From an uncultured Bacteroidota bacterium (GTDB taxonomy: Bacteria > Bacteroidota > Bacteroidia > Bacteroidales > SZUA-534), in the NCBI GenBank assembly GCA_946186925.1, contig CAMHPA010000011.1, positions 5,130 to 69,129 of the forward strand: DNA of 64,000 nt. The letters are read 5' to 3'. Each line of letters starts with the position of its first letter. The first letter of the stretch is position 1. The notes under the pieces were generated by a model, which did no database searches, was not told the origin of the DNA, and saw nothing but the letters and a program-made list of their open reading frames with translations. Made by a program: the position numbers and the translations under genes. Below are positions 17,769 through 26,352 of this stretch, in pieces.

Positions 17769-18320
17769 TTATAGTGCCAATTCCATTCCCTTCTTAACCT
17801 TCTCAACAGTGGCTTCGTTGGTGAGAGCGGCAAGCAGTTCAAGGCCGAAATCGATTGACAGGCCGGCGCCCACAGCGGTTATCAGGTTGCGGTCGCTGAC
17901 CACGTCGCCGCCAACGTAGTTGTAGCGGGCTTCCATTGTCTCAACGGCGCAACTGTGGCAAGTCACGGTGGCGCCTTCGGCCACGCCGTTGGCTGCCAGA
18001 ACGGTTGGGGCGGCGCAGATGGCACCCACAAGTTTTCCCTTGCTGTAGAACTCTTTCAGCACTTTGCCCACAGCCGCCGATTCGCCTAGATTCTTGTAGC
18101 CGGGGTATCCGCCGGGCAGAATCAGCGCGTCGCCGTTCTCAAAATCGGCCTTGCCGATGGTGGTGTCGGCCTTCATTGGTATGCCGTGCGATGACTCAAC
18201 TTCCACAGATTCGGTTATCGATACGGTTTTCACGTCAACGCCGCCGCGGCGCAGAATGTCGATGGGGGCAACGGCCTCAATATCTTCAAAGCCATTGGCA
18301 AGTAATACAAATGCTTTCAT
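17769..18320 (-). CDS. DJ-1/PfpI (ThiJ) family protein
   Basis: MKAFVLLANGFEDIEAVAPIDILRRGG, LILPGGYPG, and the nucleophile-elbow motif GAICAAP. Confidence 0.85.
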   Translation of the reverse strand: MKAFVLLANGFEDIEAVAPIDILRRGGVDVKTVSITESVEVESSHGIPMKADTTIGKADFENGDALILPGGYPGYKNLGESAAVGKVLKEFYSKGKLVGAICAAPTVLAANGVAEGATVTCHSCAVETMEARYNYVGGDVVSDRNLITAVGAGLSIDFGLELLAALTNEATVEKVKKGMELAL

Positions 18321-18371
18321 TGTTTTATGTTTTAAGTTATAAGTTTTCGGAGTTTTAAGTTTTTATTGTTT

Positions 18372-18441
18372 AATCGGTGAAGTGGTGAATCGGTGAACTG
18401 AAAAACATCGATTTACCAATTAGCCGATTGTCCGATTCACC
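18372..18441. repeat. inverted arrays of 8-bp stutter repeats (AATCGGTG x3 facing RATTNNCC x4)
   Basis: 18372-18397 reads aatcggtg aagtggtg aatcggtg aa. 18410-18441 reads gatttacc aattagcc gattgtcc gattcacc. The two arrays are reverse complements of each other, so a long imperfect hairpin sits right after the flavoprotein stop codon. The same GATTCACC word family occurs at 39245-39278, 60812-60820 and 60969-60988. Confidence 0.8.
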
Positions 18442-18447
18442 ATCTGT

Positions 18448-19071
18448 TCAATCCTTAATAAAATTCGTCCAGACTTTTTGCTCAGTTGCGGGAGCGGGCA
18501 CGCCAGCCGATTTTCCTGCCTCAATGCACTTCAGCAGCCAGGCCATATTGTTGCCCAGAATGCGCATTGTCTGCATTCCCTCAAGGTCTTTCAGCACATC
18601 GTCGGGAGTGCTGCCGTGAACCATATTCCAATAGTTCGACGAAACCACAGGCATACAGTTGATTGTGAAATACTTGTTCAGTTGGTCGAGAGCGGCTGTT
18701 GCGCCACCGCGGCGGCAACTGACAACGGCTGCGGCTGGTTTGTTGCGCATTTTGCCCGATGCGGCGTAGAAGGCGCGGTCCATAAACGATGTGATGGCGC
18801 CGTCGGCTGAGGCATAGTGCACGGGCGAGCCGAAAACGTAGCCGTCGAACTGGTCGGCCACGTCAACAAACTGGTTTACAACATCGCCGCGGAAGCAGTT
18901 GCCCTTTGTGCGGCACTGACCGCAACCAATGCATCCTGCAATCGGCTGAACGCCAAGTTGCATCAGTTCGGTTTCAATTCCATTGGCTTTCAAGGCCGAA
19001 GCCACTTCGCAGAGCGCGGTGTAGGTGCAGCCCTTCGGATGCGGGCTTGCGTTTATAAGAAGAACTTTCAT
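18448..19071 (-). CDS. flavodoxin-like NAD(P)H-dependent FMN reductase / iron-sulfur flavoprotein family
   Basis: MKVLLINASPHPKGCTY N-terminus, a Cys cluster IAGCIGCGQCRTKGNC, and FGSPVHYASADG. Confidence 0.75.
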   Translation of the reverse strand: MKVLLINASPHPKGCTYTALCEVASALKANGIETELMQLGVQPIAGCIGCGQCRTKGNCFRGDVVNQFVDVADQFDGYVFGSPVHYASADGAITSFMDRAFYAASGKMRNKPAAAVVSCRRGGATAALDQLNKYFTINCMPVVSSNYWNMVHGSTPDDVLKDLEGMQTMRILGNNMAWLLKCIEAGKSAGVPAPATEQKVWTNFIKD

Positions 19072-19317
19072 TGCTTTAAAGTTTAATGTGTGCCAAAAGT
19101 ACGCAATTGTGAGAATTGAGCAAGGATTTTATCTTTAGCAAAAGGCGTGGCGCAAGAATGCTGATATTGGAAGAAATGTTCATAACCGTCAAAATAATTC
19201 GTTAAACGTGCGTTATGGTCATTCTGATTGTTAGTTTTTAATAGCGTTAAAAAGGTGCAAGCAATCGGATTTTGTGTATCTTGTTGCACTTTTTTGAATC
19301 GAAATAATGGAATACCG

Positions 19318-20712
19318 ATGAACAAAAAAATTATCAATCTGCTTGGAATCTTGTGCGCGTGTCCGGCACTTCTGGTTGCGCAAGATGTTGATGACGAAAC
19401 CAATATGGTGTTCAATCCGAGCTTCGAACAGTATGAGAAGTGTCCTGAAGGCTACATTTACAACGACAAATCGCACCGGCTGATACCGCACTGGACATAC
19501 CCGTCGTTTACAACGCCCGACTACTTCAACAAGTGCAGCACCGGCGAAGTGCGCGTGCCTGACAATTTTGCGGGTTACAGCCAGCCGCATAGCGGAAAGG
19601 GTTATATGGGCGCTATACTCACTGGTTCAGACCGCGACTACCGTGAGTACATCCAAGGAGAGCTGAAAACTCCTATGAAATCAGGGCAGGTTTACTGCGT
19701 GTCGTTTTGGTACAAGCTGGCCAACGGCTCTATGTTTGCCGTGGATCAAATGAGTATCTACTTCACTGAGCAAAAGATAGAAAATGGCAACAACACGTTT
19801 CTAAGCTATAACTCACAGTTGAACAACGAGTCGGGCTTGTTCCTCGACAATACTGACGAGTGGAAGCATTACTGCATGCTATACACGGCATCGGGTAACG
19901 AGTCGTTCTTTATTGTTGGTAATTTCAAAAACTATGAGAACACCAACTATGTGGTCACTGGCAAGGATGTGCAGAACAAGAAAGGCAAGAAATACGCATA
20001 TTATTTCTTCGACGATTTCGAGATTCGTCCGCTTACCGATTGCGATGTGTGCGCCTGTGTGCCGAAAGGCCTTGAGACTGTGATTGTTGACTCGGTTTAT
20101 ACCGGCGGTTTGGACCCGGTGACGGGCAAAATACAGCGCATCATCGACGATGGTGTCATCAGTCTTGGCATTTCGGGTGGAACACCTCCATATAATGTTA
20201 AATGGTCGAATGGCGCGACAGGGCAGAAGCTCACTAATCTGCCGGCCGGTACCTATACTTATAATGTATCGGACCAGAATAATTGCCACAATAGCGGCAA
20301 GGTAGTTTTTGTTCAGCCAGAAATACCCGAAGATCCCTTTACCGATGGTCTGCGTAATATTGAGGAGGGTTCGGCGCTAATTCTGAACAACATCTTCTTC
20401 GAGACTGGCAAAAGCACACTGCTTCCGCAGTCGAACGCAGAACTTGACAAAGTGGCGGCATTCCTGGCAGAAGGAACTGTCAGTCAGATAGAAATCAGCG
20501 GTCATACTGATAACGTGGGCTCTGATGAGCTTAACCTCAAACTGAGTCAGGCACGAGCTCAAGCTGTGGTCAATTACTTGGTGTCGAAGGGAATAAACGC
20601 CAATATGCTGCAAGCCAAGGGCTATGGCAAAACTCGCCCCATCGACACTAACCTCACCGAGCAAGGCAAGAGCAACAATCGCCGAGTTGAATTTTTTGTT
20701 TTAAAGAAGTAA
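19318..20712 (+). CDS. OmpA-family protein with SprB-type repeat and C-terminal OmpA/MotB peptidoglycan-binding domain
   Basis: Signal peptide MNKKIINLLGILCACPALLVAQ (ATG at 19318). ISGGTPPYNVKWSNGATGQKLTNLPAGTYTYNVSDQNNC is SprB-repeat-like. The C-terminus NIFFETGKSTLL...ISGHTDNVGSDELNLKLSQARAQAV...NRRVEF is an OmpA_C domain. Confidence 0.85.
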   Translation: MNKKIINLLGILCACPALLVAQDVDDETNMVFNPSFEQYEKCPEGYIYNDKSHRLIPHWTYPSFTTPDYFNKCSTGEVRVPDNFAGYSQPHSGKGYMGAILTGSDRDYREYIQGELKTPMKSGQVYCVSFWYKLANGSMFAVDQMSIYFTEQKIENGNNTFLSYNSQLNNESGLFLDNTDEWKHYCMLYTASGNESFFIVGNFKNYENTNYVVTGKDVQNKKGKKYAYYFFDDFEIRPLTDCDVCACVPKGLETVIVDSVYTGGLDPVTGKIQRIIDDGVISLGISGGTPPYNVKWSNGATGQKLTNLPAGTYTYNVSDQNNCHNSGKVVFVQPEIPEDPFTDGLRNIEEGSALILNNIFFETGKSTLLPQSNAELDKVAAFLAEGTVSQIEISGHTDNVGSDELNLKLSQARAQAVVNYLVSKGINANMLQAKGYGKTRPIDTNLTEQGKSNNRRVEFFVLKK

Positions 20713-20723
20713 TATAACCGACT

Positions 20724-22727
20724 ATGAACAAGCGTATTATATTTACAATAATGCTGTCGGCTGCTGTTGTTTTCACAGCATCGGCACAGAAACCTGAAAA
20801 AGCTTTTGAGGATATTGTCGCCGGAGTGAAAGCGAAAGAGCGTCAGCCTGATGTCGATAACAACATGAACAAGGCTCGCGCCACATTGGAAAAGATTCTG
20901 GCTAAAGACGCCAGCAACGCCATGGCTAATATGGGTATGGCCATAATTCTGTCATATGACGCCTATTCGCAAAAAGACTATTTCCGCGGCTGGCACTACT
21001 TTAAGAAAGCCGATGCAGGCGTTTCAACATTCACGCCAGATGATAAAAAGGTGCTTGACGGCTACTTTATGGCCCAAAAACTTGAACGACGTGGAAAGCC
21101 TATTGACAAGAACATGGAAATTGAGCGTAACTTGGTGGAGGAGAAGCTGATAAAGTTTGTCCGTGAGGAGAATAACCTGCAATACGCCGAAAAATTCCTT
21201 GAGGAGTTCCCCGATTCTAAATACTACAACAATGTAGTGCATATCCGCAATTATATTGAGTTCCGTAAGGCCGAGAACGCAGGAACGGTTGAGGCTTTCA
21301 ACTATTTCCTGAGCAAATACCCTGACGCCGCGCAGACAAAAATAGCGTCGGAGGAACGTAACGCACTGGCTTACAAGCTGACACAGGAGGCTAATACCTT
21401 TGCCGCCTACAAGAATTTCGTTGATAACTACCCCGATGCCGTTCAATATGAGGAGGCAAAGAAGAAGCTGGGTATTTTGGCTTTCGACGAAGCTGCAAAA
21501 AAGCATACTCTCGAAGCCATTGAGCAGTTTATGGAACAATATCCCAACTCGCCCAAAATGCCCGATGCCAAGATTATGAAACGCCAACTGTTGTTTGAAT
21601 GGGCCAAATCAGTCAACAGCCTTGAGGCATACAATAAATTTGTGTCGCAATATCCTGAAGGAGAGATGTTTATCGACATCTTTAACCTTAAATCGGCCGC
21701 TCTTGGGCAGTCAATCGCTGCCGACCTGCCGATGGAAAACTATAAGGTTATTCGCGGATTCGACAACAAACAGGCGCGCGATTACGGTGGCGCCATTGCC
21801 ACATACACCGATGGTACGATACTGGTAATTGCCAACACCCCCTCACTTAATGACGACATGGATGATGTTTGGATGATTAAGCTCGACGCAGAAGGTAGGA
21901 TGATTAAGAACGACATCCTGGGCAACGATTTCGATGATCGTGTGAATACAGCTTATATTGACAAGGCAGGCGCACTCTCTGGAGCCGGTCTGACAAACGC
22001 CATCAAAGATAATGTGCCCGGGCAGTCGTGGTTCTTTAAGATGAATCCGCAGGGCAAGAACATCTGCAACGCTAAATTCGAGGGCAACGAGGTTCTGTCG
22101 ATGGTGGTTTACGAAGACGGACGCTCGCTGCTTGGCGGTTATCTGCAAGCCGCTGATACGGTTGAGCCCACGCCGCTAATCACCAAACTCAACGCCCAGG
22201 GCCGTAAGCTCTGGACGCGTACTTACGCTCCCGGGCATAAGGTTACATCAATGGCTTCCGACGGCCGCATGTGCAGCATTGCCTTCAACGGCGGCTGGGT
22301 GATGCAGATTGACGAGTTGGGCTACATCAAATGGGATGCTATGGTAGATGGCTGCAATCTGTCTGCTGTCGCCACGGCAAATGGCAAAACCGTTTACACC
22401 GGAACCAAAGAGGGGCAGGGATGTGCTGTCGCTTTCGACCTCAATGGCAAGAAACTTTGGGAGACTGCTTTTGAGTTGCCAGCCGAGGGCAGTTTCACCC
22501 AAAGCTGCACCATGCCCGACGGCTCGGTAATTAGCGGCGGATCATTCGGAAACGCTATGGTACTGGTCAAAGTTGACAATAGCGGTAAAATTGTTTTTGC
22601 CAAAACATTCGATGCTTCGAAATCAGTGTCGTTTAACGGACTGGCCGCATCGGCCGCCGACAATTCGGTCTGGGTTAGTGCCACATATGCCGATTCTGAC
22701 ATTGTGGTGTTCAAATTGGGATTGTAA
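20724..22727 (+). CDS. secreted hypothetical protein: helical (A/F)xxFxxxYP repeats followed by a beta-propeller-like C-terminal half
   Basis: Signal peptide MNKRIIFTIMLSAAVVFTASAQ. Five copies of an xFxxxYPxxxxxxxA helical repeat (FLEEFPDSKYY, FLSKYPDAAQ, FVDNYPDAVQ, FMEQYPNSPK, FVSQYPEGEM). The C-terminal half is rich in repeated beta-strand/G-D-G patterns. It starts 11 nt after the OmpA-family gene. Confidence 0.55.
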   Translation: MNKRIIFTIMLSAAVVFTASAQKPEKAFEDIVAGVKAKERQPDVDNNMNKARATLEKILAKDASNAMANMGMAIILSYDAYSQKDYFRGWHYFKKADAGVSTFTPDDKKVLDGYFMAQKLERRGKPIDKNMEIERNLVEEKLIKFVREENNLQYAEKFLEEFPDSKYYNNVVHIRNYIEFRKAENAGTVEAFNYFLSKYPDAAQTKIASEERNALAYKLTQEANTFAAYKNFVDNYPDAVQYEEAKKKLGILAFDEAAKKHTLEAIEQFMEQYPNSPKMPDAKIMKRQLLFEWAKSVNSLEAYNKFVSQYPEGEMFIDIFNLKSAALGQSIAADLPMENYKVIRGFDNKQARDYGGAIATYTDGTILVIANTPSLNDDMDDVWMIKLDAEGRMIKNDILGNDFDDRVNTAYIDKAGALSGAGLTNAIKDNVPGQSWFFKMNPQGKNICNAKFEGNEVLSMVVYEDGRSLLGGYLQAADTVEPTPLITKLNAQGRKLWTRTYAPGHKVTSMASDGRMCSIAFNGGWVMQIDELGYIKWDAMVDGCNLSAVATANGKTVYTGTKEGQGCAVAFDLNGKKLWETAFELPAEGSFTQSCTMPDGSVISGGSFGNAMVLVKVDNSGKIVFAKTFDASKSVSFNGLAASAADNSVWVSATYADSDIVVFKLGL

Positions 22728-22766
22728 TTTGTTTTCACACAACAATAAAATGCGCAGTGCGCATTT

Positions 22767-22797
22767 AAGGCTGCCTCTTTCGGGGTAGCCTTTTTTT
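22767..22797 (+). terminator. rho-independent terminator after 20724-22727
   Basis: Stem aaggctgcc / ggtagcctt with loop tctttcgg, followed by TTTTTTT. It is preceded by a second palindrome, aaatgcgcagtgcgcattt (22747-22765). Confidence 0.7.
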
Positions 22798-22977
22798 ATG
22801 GTTTTACGTAGAAATAAACTGCATCTTGGCATAAACTGATGTTATGAATTCCCGTTTGACAATATCAATATAAACCGTAATATTGTGCGTTTTTTTTAGC
22901 AAGATTCTGATAATCAGTGCTAAAAGTGATGGTGGTAGATTAAGAAATTATTAATCAATTAAATAGAAACTGTAATT

Positions 22978-25035
22978 ATGTTGAACAAGAAACGTCTTCC
23001 GATTGGTGATTCGCTTGCAATGATAGGCGGCTACGCCAAATCGCGGATTATGGGACAGATAAAGTCGGTAGCCTTTATCATCCTATACCTTGTGTTTTTT
23101 CAGGTGGCCATTCTGCGCACGCCGCTGGCCAACGCTTGGGGAACGGCGGGCGGCATCGCCCTTGTGGTGTTCGGTCTGGCCTTCTTCCTTGAGGGACTCG
23201 TGCTGGGTATGATGCCCATTGGCGAGCGCGTGGGAGTGAAGTTGCCCGCCAAAGTTGGCATTGTGCCAATCTGCATCTTCGGCATCATTCTGGGCTTCGG
23301 CTCAACGCTTGCCGAGCCTGCCATCAGTTCGCTGAAGACGGCTGGCGCAACCATCACGGCGTGGGACTCACCGCTGCTTTATATGATTCTCGACAAATAC
23401 TCGGGAATGCTTGTCAACGCCGTTGGAGCGGGCGTGGGACTGGCCGTGGCGCTCGGTATGTGCCGATTCTACTATGGCTGGAACATCAAACCGATAATAT
23501 TCGTGGTGATTCCGCTGGTTATGGCAATGACGGTTTACGCGTCGTTCAACGTCAATCTGTCGAAGATAATCGGCCTGGCTTGGGACTGTGGCGCCGTAAC
23601 CACTGGTGCGGTGACCGTGCCGCTTGTGCTGGCGCTGGGTATCGGTGTTTCACGCACGGCCAACAAGGGTTCGGGCAACGACGGCGGATTCGGCATCATT
23701 ATGCTGGCGTCGGCATTCCCGATTGCGGCTGTGCTGGGCCTTGGCTTGTATCTGAACACGCTCATTCCCGCCGCAACAACCGAGGAAGTCTTCTTCGCGC
23801 CTGAAAACAAGACCGTTTCGGCTCAACTGTTCAACGGCAACGAGGCAATGGTTGCCGAGCACGCCTTCACTCACGGCAGCGAGGCGGGCCGCCGCGCCTT
23901 GTTCGGCAACGATTCGGCGCAGTTCGACAAAGCTGTTATGGCCATCGCCACAAACGATTCGGTTTGCAAGAAATATCTTGGAAATGAGACACTTCAGGAG
24001 TGGCTCGCACTTCGTGCAAGCGATTACGAGCGCGGGCTGCTGTCGTCGGTTGAGATTGCAAGCGAGGCGCCCGTCACCGAGCCGCTGAGCACAACGCTCA
24101 AAGAGGAGACGGTTGGCGGCCTGCGGGCTGTGATTCCGCTCACGCTGCTGCTCATTCTGGTGCTGACGCTCTTCCTTCGCGAGAAAATCCGCAACAAAGA
24201 CGAAGTGGCTCTGGGCCTGACATTCACGCTGGTGGGTATGATTCTGCTCACATCGGGCATCAAACTTGGTTTGGGTTCGCTCGGCGGCGAAGTGGGCTCG
24301 CAGTTGCCGAAGGCTTTCGCAAGCGAGGAGAAGTTTGTTGAGCAGGTGGTTATCAATAATTTCGACAGCACAATGCTCTACAGCGGCATCAGCCCCGAGG
24401 GCGAAAATCTGACCTTCTTCAACCTTTACGAGAAGGGCGAGGTTAAGCCCGTTGAGTTCAATCCCGCTTATTACGACAGTGAGAAACACACTTATACACA
24501 GATAATTACCGAAAAGCCGCTGTTCAACAGCAAGTTGTCGGTTTTGGGACTTGTGCTGGTGCTGCTGTTCGCCTTCGGCCTTGGCTATGGCGCGACACTT
24601 GCCGAGCCCGCGCTTAACGCATTGGGAATCACCGTTGAAGACCTGACCGTTGGCGCCATCAAGCGCAAGCAGATTGTGCAGGTGGTGTCGGTGGGCGTGG
24701 GAATGGGCATTGTGCTCGGTTTGGCGCGCATCTTGTTCGATTTGCCGCTTGTCTGGCTGATAGTCATCTCTTACGGTTTGCTGCTGATTCTCACCATTTT
24801 CAGCGAGGACGGATTCGCGTCAATCGCCTGGGATAGCGGCGGCGTGACCACTGGCCCCGTGACCGTGCCGCTGGTGCTGGCTCTGGGCCTTGGAATCGGC
24901 GGAGCGCTCAACATTTCCGACGGTTTCGGCATTCTGGCAATGGCTTCGGCCTGGCCAATCATCACTGTGCTTCTGTTCGGCATCTTCACCCGACTGAAAC
25001 AACGTAAAACCCTAAAGACCAATGACAATGAATGA
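22978..25035 (+). CDS. membrane protein made of two fused DUF1538-like halves separated by soluble inserts
   Basis: Internal duplication. First half: TLAEPAISSLKTAG...AWDCGAVTTGAVTVPLVLALGIG. Second half: TLAEPALNALGITVE...AWDSGGVTTGPVTVPLVLALGLG. The (A)WDxGxVTTGxVTVPLxLALG motif is what I recall as the DUF1538 signature. There are more than 10 predicted TM helices, a ~120-aa hydrophilic linker (aa ~265-385) and a second ~65-aa insert. Confidence 0.7.
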   Translation: MLNKKRLPIGDSLAMIGGYAKSRIMGQIKSVAFIILYLVFFQVAILRTPLANAWGTAGGIALVVFGLAFFLEGLVLGMMPIGERVGVKLPAKVGIVPICIFGIILGFGSTLAEPAISSLKTAGATITAWDSPLLYMILDKYSGMLVNAVGAGVGLAVALGMCRFYYGWNIKPIIFVVIPLVMAMTVYASFNVNLSKIIGLAWDCGAVTTGAVTVPLVLALGIGVSRTANKGSGNDGGFGIIMLASAFPIAAVLGLGLYLNTLIPAATTEEVFFAPENKTVSAQLFNGNEAMVAEHAFTHGSEAGRRALFGNDSAQFDKAVMAIATNDSVCKKYLGNETLQEWLALRASDYERGLLSSVEIASEAPVTEPLSTTLKEETVGGLRAVIPLTLLLILVLTLFLREKIRNKDEVALGLTFTLVGMILLTSGIKLGLGSLGGEVGSQLPKAFASEEKFVEQVVINNFDSTMLYSGISPEGENLTFFNLYEKGEVKPVEFNPAYYDSEKHTYTQIITEKPLFNSKLSVLGLVLVLLFAFGLGYGATLAEPALNALGITVEDLTVGAIKRKQIVQVVSVGVGMGIVLGLARILFDLPLVWLIVISYGLLLILTIFSEDGFASIAWDSGGVTTGPVTVPLVLALGLGIGGALNISDGFGILAMASAWPIITVLLFGIFTRLKQRKTLKTNDNE

Positions 25036-26239
25036 TAATATGGAAATGGTGAATGCGAACAGGAACCGCGCATTCTCGCCGTCGCGTACCGTTTGGCGGA
25101 CGCAAATGGCCAAAGGCATCTACACGCCGCATCGCGTGAGCCTTATAACCTGTATGATTAACAATAATTTGGCGCCTGTTGTGCAGGATTTTCTGACGCA
25201 ACTCGAGGTTGACGCCTACATTGAGCAGGCCCGAAACGTGCGCGAACTTGTCAAGCCGCTGCCGTTCGGCATTCCTGGCGACACAGTGAAGTTAAGAAGC
25301 ACACCTTCAACCATTTTCCGCTTCACCGTGCCGCGCGAGAACGTGAGAGACACCATTGGCGCCATCATCGCCCTGGCGGGACTGAACGTGCCTGGCCGCG
25401 GAACCATCTTCTCGCAGGACCTTATGGAGTTCAGCAATCAGCCGCCTGTCATCAATCTGGCTTTTCTGGATAGCAAAAAGGTTGAAAACAACGACGTTAC
25501 GCTGCTGAATCACCTTTCGTATATGATTTGCGTGCTGTCGGAGAACGGCGAGGGCGACAATCTGGCCAAGAACGCGCTCGACCTGGGCATCTGCGTGCCG
25601 CAACTCACCAACGCCACTGGCAACGACATCCGCGACCAACTGGGCCTTATCCGCGTCACCATCCCCGCTGAAAAGGAGATTGTGCACCTGATTATGCCCG
25701 AGCAGGATTCGAGCAGCATTGCCCAACTGCTGGCTGAGCAGGCCAAACTCGACCGCCCTGGACGAGGATTCATCTACCAAACGCCTATCACTGTGGGACT
25801 TATCGACACCTATATGAAGATTGGCGGGCAGAAGTTCGCCGCGTCAATGGAGCAGGTGATAGCCGCCATCGACTCGCTCAAGGGCAACACCAACTGGCGC
25901 CGCCGCTTGGACGCCGAAGGGTCGGCCGACAATCGCAACGCCTGTGTTCATTCTGACAACTGCGAGGTGACCATCATATCGGACGAGGACCGCATCGACG
26001 ACCTGCGCGCCACCTGCCTGAGCGTGGGCGCAACAGGCGCAACCACAACGCGCATCACCCGCATATCGGGGCAAGGCGAACTTGGCAAACAGTCGCTCGT
26101 GCGCAGCGCCGTGAGCATTCCCGCTTCAATGGCCGACGCGGTGGTTGATTCGCTGCTGCAAATCAGCACCATCGACAAGGAAAACGTTGACAAAATCAAA
26201 GTTCTCGACTCGCCTTCGACGTATGTCAGGGCGCTGTAG
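25022..26239 (+). CDS. hypothetical regulator with three tandem P-II-like (beta-alpha-beta x2) repeats
   Basis: The start overlaps the DUF1538 gene stop by 14 nt. Three ~100-aa repeats share one pattern. Strand 1: VSLITCMI / LSYMICVL / CEVTIISD. Helix 1: LAPVVQDFLTQL / GDNLAKNALDLG / RIDDLRATCLSVG. The end motif is PGRGTIFSQ / PGRGFIYQT in repeats 1 and 2, positionally like the GlnB GDGKIFV strand. Repeat 3 is degenerate. Confidence 0.5.
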   Translation: MTMNDNMEMVNANRNRAFSPSRTVWRTQMAKGIYTPHRVSLITCMINNNLAPVVQDFLTQLEVDAYIEQARNVRELVKPLPFGIPGDTVKLRSTPSTIFRFTVPRENVRDTIGAIIALAGLNVPGRGTIFSQDLMEFSNQPPVINLAFLDSKKVENNDVTLLNHLSYMICVLSENGEGDNLAKNALDLGICVPQLTNATGNDIRDQLGLIRVTIPAEKEIVHLIMPEQDSSSIAQLLAEQAKLDRPGRGFIYQTPITVGLIDTYMKIGGQKFAASMEQVIAAIDSLKGNTNWRRRLDAEGSADNRNACVHSDNCEVTIISDEDRIDDLRATCLSVGATGATTTRITRISGQGELGKQSLVRSAVSIPASMADAVVDSLLQISTIDKENVDKIKVLDSPSTYVRAL

Positions 26240-26300
26240 GAGAGAATGTTAGATAACGCAAAAGGCCGCTAGAAGACGATTCGGACGGCCTTTTTTATTT
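26191..26300. repeat. direct repeat copy 1 (3' end of P-II-like gene plus its terminator)
   Basis: The sequence aaaatcaaagttctcgActcgccttcgacgt...gttagataac...gaagacgattcggAcggcctttttt recurs at 27574-27665 with a few substitutions and one ~12-nt deletion. Confidence 0.85.
26261..26297. terminator. hairpin terminator shared by convergent genes (P-II-like gene, + strand; T9SS cargo gene, - strand)
   Basis: Stem aaaggccg / cggccttt (26261-26268 and 26286-26293) is followed by TTTTTTA on the + strand. Confidence 0.65.
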
Positions 26301-26352
26301 TTGTGCCTCACGCATTGGTGCGAATTTGGATTCAGAAATAACCGATTTAAAA

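Noticed and set aside
23650-24489. 279-aa minus-strand ORF inside the DUF1538 gene, and the other overlapping ORFs between 23078 and 25201
   Set aside because: They are antisense to or out of frame with a long membrane-protein gene that carries duplicated conserved motifs. They are Arg/His/Gln-rich shadow frames.
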